The translations under genes were made by a program, and so were the position numbers. The notes under the pieces are model-generated. The model was not told the origin of the DNA. It did not search any database and saw only the letters and a program-made list of their open reading frames with translations. This document shows positions 43,827-52,836 of a DNA stretch of 64,000 nt, in pieces. Location of the stretch: assembly GCA_965261345.1 (NCBI GenBank), contig OZ253449.1:608001-672000 (forward strand). Reading direction: 5' to 3'. Within the stretch, counting starts at the first letter, position 1. Each line of letters starts with the position of its first letter. This stretch comes from Chloroflexota bacterium (GTDB lineage Bacteria > Chloroflexota > UBA11872 > VXNJ01).

Positions 43827-44210
43827 TCATTCGTTGCGGCGCAGGAATTTTTCCCAACTCCCCCACAGGAGCCCCAAGATTGGCGCAGTTGCCAGAATCA
43901 GCGGTGCGTCGGGACTTCCAGGAATTTGACCATCGGCGATCAGCCAGGCAAATCGGGCGGCCAGCAGCACGGCCAATCCAGCCGCGGCAAGCGCGGCGTT
44001 TAACAGCCTATTGCTGAGCCGTTCGATGGCGGCCGCCCATGCCGCGGTGGCCATAAAGGCTCCGGCAGCCGGATTCAGCAAAAACATGAAGAGTCGTTGA
44101 TCGACGCCCATTTGCGGGTCGCTGAGGGCCGCCAATCCGGCGATTCCAAACGCCAGGGCCGCAAAAAGCGAAATGCAGACCGCGATCCCTTTTCGCAAGA
44201 GTTCGGTCAA
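43827..44210 (-). CDS. Hypothetical small membrane protein
   Basis: 127 aa with about four hydrophobic segments. Confidence 0.6.
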   Translation of the reverse strand: MTELLRKGIAVCISLFAALAFGIAGLAALSDPQMGVDQRLFMFLLNPAAGAFMATAAWAAAIERLSNRLLNAALAAAGLAVLLAARFAWLIADGQIPGSPDAPLILATAPILGLLWGSWEKFLRRNE

Positions 44211-44279
44211 TGGGCCACTCGCGCTGCCGGCGACTTGGGGGCAGGGCCCATCAGCACCGCATTAGCCCAGCGCAGTCGG

Positions 44280-44355
44280 TGGTGGAGATGAGGGGGCTCG
44301 AACCCCTGACCTCTGCCTTGCAAAGGCAGCGCTCTTCCAGCTGAGCTACATCCCC
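44280..44355 (-). tRNA. tRNA-Ala(TGC)
   Basis: GGGGATGTAGCTCAGCTGGAAGAGCG-CTGCC-TTTGCAA-GGCAG...GGTTCGAG...CATCTCCACCA; 76 nt, G3:U70. Confidence 0.97.
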
Positions 44356-44425
44356 GCGGGCGGTTATTTTTTGCGGGAACTGGCGTGACCGCTTTCCCAG
44401 TCTGAGTGCCGCTTTTCGGACCCGG

Positions 44426-45565
44426 TCAAATCGGACCGACCGGTTCCCAGCGTCCCGATTGCCAAGACCTTATCATTGACGCTTGAACCCGGGCAACGGC
44501 CAGGGCGTCGTTAATGTCAGGCGAGGGTTTCGCTCGGCCGAGCACGGCCAGTAGGAAGCGATGAAATTCGATCGTCTTTAGGTCCATCAGGCTGGGCCCG
44601 TTCCCGGCGCCTGGGTTAAATGCTCCGTGGTCGCCGTGTCCGGCGCGCGCCAGTACCCGAGCGTATCCAGAATCCTCCTCGCCTGACAGGTGGATTTGCA
44701 TTTCATGCATCCGTTCCAGCGACCACTTGATGGAACCCTTGCTGCCATTGAGTTCGAAGGAATTTTCATTGGTCGGGCCATAAATAATTCGGCAGGCTTC
44801 GAGCGAGCCGCGCGCGCCGTTGGCAAAGCGCACCAAGGCGCCCACGTAATCCTCGTTTTCGACGGTGCCCATTGCGCCAGCCTCACCCGGCGGGCCTTCC
44901 AGTCGACGTTGGGTAGTAAAGGTCGCCTGGCTGGCCACGGTGGAGGCGATCGGTCCGATAACGAAATGGGCCGTATCAATTGCATGGGTCATGAGGTCGG
45001 CAAGGGTTCCAAATCCCGCTTCGGCGCGCCGGTAGCGCCAAGCCATCGGGGCCTTAACATCGGCGCCATCGTCTTGAAAATATCGCCCCCGGTAGTGGGT
45101 TACGTTGCCGATTTCGCCACTAGCGACCATATCGGCGGCGTGGGCGACCGCCGGAACACAGCGATAGTTGTAGCCGACCATAAAGACAATTCCCGCCGCC
45201 TTGACGGCCTTGGCGGCGGCGGCCGTCTCGGCCGGACTGATCCCCAATGGCTTCTCGCAGAGGATGTGTTTTCCGGCATGCGCGGCCGCTTCGACAATCT
45301 CTAGATGGTCGCAATTCGGAGTCGCAATCGCGACCGCGTCGACCCGTGGGTCTGCGATCACTAAACGCCAATCGTCTGCCCAAGTCGCAAAACCGAGCCG
45401 GGCAGCCACCCGCTTGGCCAGCGGCGCGTTCACGTCGGCACACACTACTCGGTTGAGGTTGATCGCCGAATCGCCGTACCAGATCGGGATTTGCACGCAC
45501 GCCCGCGCGTGGCGGATACCAGCGCGGCCCACTCCAATGATTCCGATTCCAATCGGGGCGCTCAT
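44426..45565 (-). CDS. Gfo/Idh/MocA family oxidoreductase
   Basis: GVGRAG, ATPN, CEKPL, GYNYR, GTLADLMTHAID. Confidence 0.92.
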   Translation of the reverse strand: MSAPIGIGIIGVGRAGIRHARACVQIPIWYGDSAINLNRVVCADVNAPLAKRVAARLGFATWADDWRLVIADPRVDAVAIATPNCDHLEIVEAAAHAGKHILCEKPLGISPAETAAAAKAVKAAGIVFMVGYNYRCVPAVAHAADMVASGEIGNVTHYRGRYFQDDGADVKAPMAWRYRRAEAGFGTLADLMTHAIDTAHFVIGPIASTVASQATFTTQRRLEGPPGEAGAMGTVENEDYVGALVRFANGARGSLEACRIIYGPTNENSFELNGSKGSIKWSLERMHEMQIHLSGEEDSGYARVLARAGHGDHGAFNPGAGNGPSLMDLKTIEFHRFLLAVLGRAKPSPDINDALAVARVQASMIRSWQSGRWEPVGPI

Positions 45566-46601
45566 GCGTCCGGTAGCTCCCTGGTGACCGATAAATTCCG
45601 GGCGATTTCAATTATCCAGCAAACCCTCTCCAGGCTGGTATCGAGCAACGTGGCGACATCCTGGCCGGCAAGCTGTGTAACCGCGGGTCGGCGCAGCCAG
45701 GCTCCCTCGGGGGTTTGCGTATCGATCAGCATGCCACTGACGGTGCGCGCGCGTTCGGCATAGCGGTCCATGCCGGTGGCAGCGTAAAGCACGGCGGCGC
45801 CCCATCCAACCTTGGCCGCGGTCAGGTCTTTAAACGAACCCGGACGGCAGGCTTCGGCCCAACCAAATACTCGTTCAGCGGCCGCAAGATATTTGACCTC
45901 GCCGCCTGCCAGATACAACTGCCCCAGAGCAGCCATCACGATTCCTAGGTGCCAATATGTCTGCCCTGGCTTTCCCAGTTCGATTTGATGGCGCCCGGCT
46001 TCAGCGGCGGCGAATTCGCTTATCCACGAGCCTTCCCAGCGCCGGCGCAACAATATGCGGCATTCGGGTTCGGGCTGACGCAAGATCATTTCCGTCTGCA
46101 AGAAATCTCCCGCCGCGCGGGCGGCCGCTAAGTTGCCAGTTGCAAGTAAACAGATCAGGGCGGCGGCACTGCTACCCAGATCGAGCACTCTTTCCGGGCA
46201 TTCATTGTTGGCAAATCCCCCTAAACGTGGATGTTGCTGGCGAGCGAGCCGTTCAGACTGGGCCAGGGCCAAATCCAAGGCCCCCAATCGCTGGCAGCTG
46301 AGTCCGAAAAACGCGTTGCGAAATATTGCAACCTGCGAATCTGCCTCGCCACCCGAGCATTGATGTCGCCGCGACAGAAAAATTTCGCACGCGCATATTC
46401 GGCAATCAACTGGGCCAGATCAGGCCGACCGCCCAGCGCGAAGGCTAACGGCGCCAAATAGTACGCGCTTACCCGGTCCTCAGCCTCAGCAAAACTGCCT
46501 TCAGGGGAAAGCCTTTCGGCCGCCCAGTCCAGGGTCTTCCTGGCGGTGGCAATTGCCGGCGGCAAGGGCGCCTCACGATGGGAATGGTTCTTTATCGCCA
46601 T
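45562..46601 (-). pseudogene. Hypothetical helical protein (possible alpha/alpha-barrel) with apparent 1-nt frameshift near 46353
   Basis: MAIKNH...SAYYLAPLAF...GDINA continues in another frame as GGEADSQ...LGALDL; one extra G in CGGG would restore one ORF of ~346 aa. Confidence 0.6.
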
Positions 46602-46668
46602 ACTGGTGCCGCTACCGTCTGCTGGTTGAAGGATCCTATGTGGTCCAATTTTTTCACTCAGCCTTTGG

Positions 46669-47757
46669 TCACTCGATCGCGGGGCGCACCTGCGTGGCGA
46701 GCAGTTCGAGACTATAGATTTCCCGCTCGCGATCTTCCCAGTCGTGGCCAACCGCCAAAATGGTTCCAAATCTCCCGCATTGCGCCCGCAAGCGGTTGAT
46801 CTTGTCGGCCACGGTGTCGGGACTTCCAACTAACCAGACGTTGTGGGCAAGATATTCGACCGTCACTTCGCTGTCGGCCATCGACGGGTCGTTCTTGAAC
46901 AGGGCCAGACCGCCGGGAATGTTGCGGGTCAATACCGGAAGCATGAAGCGATCAAAATTCCGCCCCATCGGGCCCTCGATGGCATGCCTGAGCGCTTCCG
47001 CGTCGGTGTCGGCCACGAACACTTCGCGTGCAACTCGCCACGGTGAAGGATCGATCGGATGTCCACCCTCGGCCTGTCCGGCGCGATATGCGTCCCAATG
47101 GGTCCCGATTACCCAATTGGCAACCAAATTTGTTGACAGCGGCCAATAACCGCGCCGGCCGGCCATTCTCATCGAACCGGAGTTGGGCGAAAAGCCCGGA
47201 ATGCCGATTGGCGGGTGCGGCCGGGTGTAAGGCTTGAGCGGATAACCCATGTCCAGGTCGAGCTGGTCCGGGGAGAGTTCAACCCGCCAATGCTTGCCCT
47301 GATGCAGCCAGGGTGGGTCCTCGGCAAACAATCTAAGGATCAACTCAAAGCCCTCGTCGAAACGCTCTTGCATCGCCTTCGGGTCTCCGTCCACGCCCAT
47401 GAACGGTCTATCCGAAGGAATTGAGCCGGTTCCCAATCCCAGATTGAACCGGCCACGCGAAAGGTGATCGAGCATCGCGGCACGGGTGGCCAATTCAGCC
47501 GGGTGGTGCAACGCTGGCAGGAACACACCGGTGCCCAGCCGGATGTTCTTTGTCAAGGGAAATGCATTGGCCAGGAAAAGGTCGGGGGCGGCGATCGTCT
47601 CCCACCGTGAGGTCATGTGTTCGCCGACCCAGGCTTCGGAATATCCCAGTTCATCGGCTCGGCAGATGAGATCGAGATCTTCATCAAATCCCTGGGTCGT
47701 GGGTTTTTCAGGCGGGTGCAACGGCATCAAAAATAATCCGACTTCCAACCACGACAC
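46669..47757 (-). CDS. LLM class flavin-dependent monooxygenase
   Basis: FLMPLHPP, ADELGYSEAWVGEH, IRLGTGV, LDHLSRGR, LVGSPDTVA. Confidence 0.92.
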   Translation of the reverse strand: MSWLEVGLFLMPLHPPEKPTTQGFDEDLDLICRADELGYSEAWVGEHMTSRWETIAAPDLFLANAFPLTKNIRLGTGVFLPALHHPAELATRAAMLDHLSRGRFNLGLGTGSIPSDRPFMGVDGDPKAMQERFDEGFELILRLFAEDPPWLHQGKHWRVELSPDQLDLDMGYPLKPYTRPHPPIGIPGFSPNSGSMRMAGRRGYWPLSTNLVANWVIGTHWDAYRAGQAEGGHPIDPSPWRVAREVFVADTDAEALRHAIEGPMGRNFDRFMLPVLTRNIPGGLALFKNDPSMADSEVTVEYLAHNVWLVGSPDTVADKINRLRAQCGRFGTILAVGHDWEDREREIYSLELLATQVRPAIE

Positions 47758-47985
47758 CTCTTCCGGATGAGATCGGCCGGTCCGACGGATCTCTAGTTCG
47801 GGGCGTCGCGACGCCCCACTGTGGCAATTGTGCCTACCGCGTCGGGGTCAGGACGCATTGACTCACTGTTTTTGTAATCGAAACAGGGCCATTGGCAACA
47901 TGCAAGATTTGTAATCCAAATCCGAAGGGAGGCCGCAAATACGAAGGAAGAAGATGAGTCGGGCTGCATCTGGCAGGTCATCTAG

Positions 47986-48333
47986 GCCACCGACATCGAG
48001 ATGACCGACGCCTCCAAGTGCATCGGGGAGCACCGGGATCGCAAGGAGAAGCTGGAGGTCGCCGCAGAGGAGGCGAGAAAGCTGCTCTCGGACCGGCGGC
48101 AGTTTCTGGACAGCGCCGACACCATCGCCACCTTCGCCGAGGACATGAGCGAGTTCCTCAAGGCCAGCGAGCTGACTCAGACCAGGGCCTTCGTCCACTC
48201 CTTCGTCAAGGAGATCGAGGTCAAGCCCGGCAGGGTCCGCCATCGCCTACGCGATACCCACGTCGGAGGACTCGCCCATAGGGGACCGGACGACGCAGAG
48301 ATCACCCTAACCGGGCGAGTTCGCAGTACAGGT
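47986..48333 (+). mobile_element. Remnant 3' end of a large serine recombinase-type gene at the tRNA-Ile 3' end
   Basis: Coiled-coil fragment ...DMSEFLKASELTQTRAFVHSFVKEIEV recalled as recombinase C-terminus; distinct codon usage; internal frameshifts; abuts tRNA. Confidence 0.6.
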
Positions 48334-48406
48334 GGGCCACATTGGAATCGAACCAATGACCTCGCCCTTATCAGAGGCGCGCTCTAACCGACTGAGCTAG
48401 TGGCCC
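48331..48406 (-). tRNA. tRNA-Ile(GAT)
   Basis: GGGCCACTAGCTCAGTCGGTTAGAGCG-CGCCT-CTGATAA-GGGCG...GGTTCGATTCC...GTGGCCCACC; ends CCT rather than CCA. Confidence 0.96.
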
Positions 48407-48571
48407 GGCAAGCAGTGATTTTAGTTGGTCACTTGCAAACGGCCGGAAAGGTCACCGCCCACCTTATTCATAACGGTCCTTTTAGGATACAAATTGTGCA
48501 AGCTAGGTGGCATTGCTTTTGGGGCAACCGAACCGGTGGGGCAATCTTGCGCCACCGTTGAATTTTTGCCC

Positions 48572-48593
48572 CGTGCGACGCCCCGGTCGCACG
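48572..48593 (-). terminator. Hairpin downstream of aminotransferase gene
   Basis: CGTGCGAC-GCCCCG-GTCGCACG; no clean U tract. Confidence 0.35.
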
Positions 48594-48609
48594 CTCGTTG
48601 CCGCCGGGT

Positions 48610-49791
48610 TTAAAGCGACTCGATCAGCGATTTGACACGTGCGAGCGCTCGTCGCAAATTGTCCTGTGAATTGGCAAACGAGATCCGGAGGCCATTGGCC
48701 CCATAGGCCCCGAACGCCGAGCCAGCCAATACTGCGACCCCGGCCTCGTCGAGCAGTCGATCCGCCAATTCGGTGGAGTTTTCCCCCAATTCGGGAAACG
48801 CGTAGAACGCCCCTCCAGGTGCTTTGCAACTGACCCCCTCGATCGCATTCAACCCCTCAACGACGATCTGTCGCCGTACCCCGAACTCGGCCGCCATGGC
48901 GCGCACCGAATCCTGTGGACCGTTAAGGGCCTCAACGCCGGCCATCTGCACGAAACCAGCGGTGCAACTGACCGCGTTGACTTGCATCTGCGCCATCACC
49001 TCGATGATCGGCTTCGGCCCGATCGCGTAGCCCAACCGCCAGCCGGTCATGGCATACGCCTTGGAAAATCCGTCCAGGATGATCGTTTGTTCGGCCAGAT
49101 CGCCGATCGCGGCAATCGACTCGAACTCGGCCCCGTAAATGATGTCCTTGTAGATCTCGTCGGCAAGAATTACGACATCGCGCCCGGACAGCAGTTTGGC
49201 AATAGCGACAAGATCGTCCGATGTTAGGGTGCCGCCGGTCGGATTGCCCGGCGAATTGAGGATCACCAATCGCGTGCGATCGGATAGATCGGCAGCCAGG
49301 CGGTCCAGGTCAACCCGGAAGTTGTTGTCCGAAAGCAGAGGCATCGGGACCGCGCGCGCGCCGACGTAATTGATCATCGATTCGTAGATCGGGAATCCGG
49401 GATTGGGGTAAATGACCTCATCGCCCGGCTGGCAGAGAGCAAGAATTGCGTAAAACATCACCGGTTTGCCGCCAGGGGTAACTAATACCTGCTCGGGCGA
49501 GTGCTCGATTCCCCGCCGTTCCAGTGAATTGGCGGCGACTGCTTCGCGCAATTGCGGAAGGCCGTGGGCCGGGCCGTAGTGGGTGTAGCCGCCGCGCAAT
49601 GCTCTGACCCCGGCTTCGACAATGTTGGGTGGGGTTTCGAAATCGGGCTCACCGATTTCCAGGTGAATGATGTCGCGCCCTGCCGCTTCCAGCGCGCGGG
49701 CTTTGGCCAGGACCACAAATGCCGACTCGGTGCCCAATCGCCCAATTGCGTCGGCAAGACGAAAACGGTCAGCGTATAGAAGTTTGGTCAT
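48610..49791 (-). CDS. PLP-dependent class I/II aminotransferase (aspartate aminotransferase-like)
   Basis: EIGEPDF, NSPGNPTG, DEIY, GFSKAYAMTGWRLG; ATG at 49791. Confidence 0.95.
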   Translation of the reverse strand: MTKLLYADRFRLADAIGRLGTESAFVVLAKARALEAAGRDIIHLEIGEPDFETPPNIVEAGVRALRGGYTHYGPAHGLPQLREAVAANSLERRGIEHSPEQVLVTPGGKPVMFYAILALCQPGDEVIYPNPGFPIYESMINYVGARAVPMPLLSDNNFRVDLDRLAADLSDRTRLVILNSPGNPTGGTLTSDDLVAIAKLLSGRDVVILADEIYKDIIYGAEFESIAAIGDLAEQTIILDGFSKAYAMTGWRLGYAIGPKPIIEVMAQMQVNAVSCTAGFVQMAGVEALNGPQDSVRAMAAEFGVRRQIVVEGLNAIEGVSCKAPGGAFYAFPELGENSTELADRLLDEAGVAVLAGSAFGAYGANGLRISFANSQDNLRRALARVKSLIESL

Positions 49792-49871
49792 TATTGGCGG
49801 CGTTTTTCGATTCGGATGGGAACCATACAAATATTCGCTGATGGGGTCGGCCGCGGGACTCCCGGAGGCGA

Positions 49872-50324
49872 TCAACGGGGTCGGCGGCGGCGCACCAAAA
49901 TGCCGGCCCCGATCGCCACCGCGGCCGCGACTACGCCGACGGCCGCGATCGTTGGCCCCCAGCGCAATCCGGCCAGGGAGATCGCCACCAGAAATCCGGC
50001 CAGCAACCCCCAACGGGAGCAAGTCAGTCCCAGGTTCAGATACCGTCCCCGGCCCGCCCACGGCCGCAGTCTGGCATAGGCGAGCGCACTTCCGATCAGA
50101 ACCGATCCACCGATCACGCACCCGTAGAACCAGGCTTGGGCCGCTAGCAGGTTGGGGTCGGCCAATACCAACAATCCACAAGCCGTCCCGGCACATAGCA
50201 CCGCGCCAAGACGGGCAAGTGCATAGCCGAATGCCGGTAGGTGGTTCGCCTCCGCGGAGGGCGGCCGTGATCCGGCGAAGCGATGCGGTTGCCGCGCCAG
50301 CGCTTGCAGATCAGTAGATTGCAA
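49872..50324 (-). CDS. Hypothetical membrane protein; start uncertain
   Basis: About four hydrophobic segments and basic C-terminus; directly downstream of the SMC-like gene. Confidence 0.5.
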   Translation of the reverse strand: MQSTDLQALARQPHRFAGSRPPSAEANHLPAFGYALARLGAVLCAGTACGLLVLADPNLLAAQAWFYGCVIGGSVLIGSALAYARLRPWAGRGRYLNLGLTCSRWGLLAGFLVAISLAGLRWGPTIAAVGVVAAAVAIGAGILVRRRRPR

Positions 50325-50380
50325 GTACTAGCGACCCGTCGTGGGCAAGTTTTTGGCCCGTAAACGCCGACTGCAAGCGA

Positions 50381-52834
50381 TCATCCATCCAATTGGGCAA
50401 GCCGCTTGAAGCCGCAGCGTTCAAAGGTAGGGTTCCCGCTAAGGACAAGCATCTGCGGGATCGCCGCCAGCAATCCATCCTCGACCAGGGCGCCGCCGAG
50501 AACGCCGCGCAACTGCTCCGAGGTGACGGCGCCGGGTTCATCCAGGATGCAGAATCCGGGCAACCCGGGAACCGAGTTTCCACTGTGGGTAACCGCGCGC
50601 GCCAGCCAAAGCAGCAATTCCGACTGTTGGGTCAATCCACTGCCAAACTGGCCGGACGAAATCCAGTCTTGCGCAGCCTCGTCCCAAAGTCGAAGGCTGC
50701 AATCAGCTTCAACTTGGAGATCGAAGTACTTCCCGGCGCTCAACCTCGGCAGCAGATTGCGGGCGTTTTGCAGGGTCTGGGCAACTGCTCGGTCACCCAA
50801 TTTCTGATCCATCGCCCGCACCGCGGCTGCTAACTTGCGGCGGCGGCGGCGGCGGCCTTGCAATTGATGCAGCTTGTTCTCAGCCTCGTTGGCATCCACC
50901 TGGTATGCCGGACGACGATCGACCGCGCTGGCGCTTTCAATCTCGGCATCCAACTTGGCGATCTGACTGTCGAGGCGACGGATGTCCAGTTGCAACCGGC
51001 GGTGCAGTTCACGATCATGCGGCTGGCCAGCGGCTTCATAGAGCGCGGCCTGAAGTTCCATGTCGATTTCGCGGGCGGCGACGGTCGCCTCCGATTCGAG
51101 GTCGGAGAGCTTTCGTCGGGCCTGCTCACGCCGCTGCCGGGCCCGCAACACCTTGCGATCGAGCACCGGGTCGGGTGCGGTCGCGGCACCATCGGGTGCA
51201 CCCTCGCTACGGCACGCGGAATCGCGCAATGCCTCAACACGGTCCAGCACCAACTCGTAACCATCCAGCCCGGCATTGGGTTCTAGCTCGCATAATCGCG
51301 ATCGTCTTTTGTCCAGGATTTGACGGATGCGGACAATATCGGTCTCAAGCGCGTGAGTTCGGATAGCCAGCGCCTCCGGATCTTCCGCTAAACGTTCGAG
51401 ATTCTCAATTTCCTCCAAAACTGCGTGGATCGCTTGTTCGACGGCTTCAGAGTTGGCGGGAATGTTCAGGCCGAAAAGAATTGTGTGCGCCCGTTCGAGC
51501 GCCGAGTCACCTTCGGCTCGCAGCCGGCGGGACTGGTCGCGAGCCGGACGCTCGCCAGTTCTGCGCAGCTGCTGTTCGATGTGCTCGATCAGTTCTCCGG
51601 CATCGCGATTGAGGAGCTCGCGGGCTTCGTCGGGCGAATTTGGAATGCGCAGTCCCTGGCCAAGCATTTCCTGCTCCAACCGCTGCAGCTGCCCGATCGG
51701 TCCATCTGCCGCGGGCGACGATTCGTCCGCTAGATCGAATCGCGACATCCCGGATACACGCGTGGAAACGCTGGCGCGCTCGGAAAGATCAATCCAGCGA
51801 GCATAAATTTCAGCCCCGCCATTTTCAAACGTGCGCAGATCGACTAGATCCGACAGCATCGCCCCAACTTGGTTCGCGGCAGATTCCCCACCGGCAATCT
51901 CCACATCTTTGGCGAACGCCTCGGCCATTGCGTCGCGGGCGCTCTTGAGCCTGCCCGCCTTGGCTCGCAGCCGGATCAGCTCGGCCTCGCCGCCGTCGGC
52001 GTCGGTCGCCAAATCGTGGAGTATCCGCAGCTGCGCGCAGGCGTCATCGAGCGCCTGCGCCAGGTCAACCAATTCGCAGGCGGCAGCGAAAATCTCGCCA
52101 TCGCGGCCGCCGAGGCGGGTTGTGGTGCTTTCCTTAGACAGCTGCGACTCGGCCTGCTCCAACTCGCTCTCGGCCACCTGCAATTCATCACGCGCGGCGC
52201 GCAGACGCGGCGCCAGGCCTGCCAGCGATTGCGATGCTAATTGCCGGCGCAATCGCAATCGCCTGGTTGCCAACTCGCGATGCTGGCGCGAATCGTGCGC
52301 CAGCGCTACGGCTGAGCGGGCTTTCCCGATTGCCTGTTCGATTTCGGCATCACCATCCAAGCGGTCTAAGACCCTGCGCAAGTAGGTCCGGTCGGCGGCC
52401 AAGCAATCGCAGCTCTGCGCGCTGGCCGAACTCCACATGAAGAATTCGCAGACCTGGTCTACCGGGTAGGCAAACATCCGCCCGATCAGCTCCTGTCCGG
52501 CAGCGGGGTTGTCGGCTGAGGCCTGGGCCAGACCCTGTCGCAGGTTTACTCGAACGTTTTCGCCACTGCTACTGATTTGGCGCTTTATCTGCAGAACATT
52601 TTGGCCGTCGCAGAGTTCGAGCTCTACCTGGCCAGTTCTACTGCCGTACGCGATCAGATCGTCAACGGCAAGCCCCGATGCCAACCCCTGCAGGGCCAAT
52701 CGCATGGCCAGCACCATGCTTGTCTTTCCCTCATAGACGGCCCCAATTAGGATCCGTCCGCGCAGCGGCAATACCAATTCGACCGCCCCAATTGCCCGAA
52801 TATTGCGGACCGTCAATCTTGAAATCGTGACCAT
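50381..52834 (-). CDS. SbcC/Rad50/SMC-like coiled-coil protein with degenerate ATPase motifs
   Basis: ISRLTVRNIR, Walker A-like GAVYEGKTS, long coiled coil, Walker B ILDEP. Confidence 0.8.
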   Translation of the reverse strand: MVTISRLTVRNIRAIGAVELVLPLRGRILIGAVYEGKTSMVLAMRLALQGLASGLAVDDLIAYGSRTGQVELELCDGQNVLQIKRQISSSGENVRVNLRQGLAQASADNPAAGQELIGRMFAYPVDQVCEFFMWSSASAQSCDCLAADRTYLRRVLDRLDGDAEIEQAIGKARSAVALAHDSRQHRELATRRLRLRRQLASQSLAGLAPRLRAARDELQVAESELEQAESQLSKESTTTRLGGRDGEIFAAACELVDLAQALDDACAQLRILHDLATDADGGEAELIRLRAKAGRLKSARDAMAEAFAKDVEIAGGESAANQVGAMLSDLVDLRTFENGGAEIYARWIDLSERASVSTRVSGMSRFDLADESSPAADGPIGQLQRLEQEMLGQGLRIPNSPDEARELLNRDAGELIEHIEQQLRRTGERPARDQSRRLRAEGDSALERAHTILFGLNIPANSEAVEQAIHAVLEEIENLERLAEDPEALAIRTHALETDIVRIRQILDKRRSRLCELEPNAGLDGYELVLDRVEALRDSACRSEGAPDGAATAPDPVLDRKVLRARQRREQARRKLSDLESEATVAAREIDMELQAALYEAAGQPHDRELHRRLQLDIRRLDSQIAKLDAEIESASAVDRRPAYQVDANEAENKLHQLQGRRRRRRKLAAAVRAMDQKLGDRAVAQTLQNARNLLPRLSAGKYFDLQVEADCSLRLWDEAAQDWISSGQFGSGLTQQSELLLWLARAVTHSGNSVPGLPGFCILDEPGAVTSEQLRGVLGGALVEDGLLAAIPQMLVLSGNPTFERCGFKRLAQLDG

Positions 52835-52836
52835 GT

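Noticed and set aside
44211-44218. TGGGCCAC matching the tRNA-Ile 3' end as a possible second att site
   Set aside because: Only 8 bp, expected by chance, and it would place tRNA-Ala inside the element
48407-48609. Possible 16S rRNA 3' remnant upstream of tRNA-Ile
   Set aside because: No GGATCACCTCC or helix 44/45 sequence present
50311-50388. Stop-codon readthrough extending the membrane ORF to the ATGA overlap at 50384
   Set aside because: The 18-codon upstream peptide has no recognisable features and there is no recoding signal; start remains unresolved
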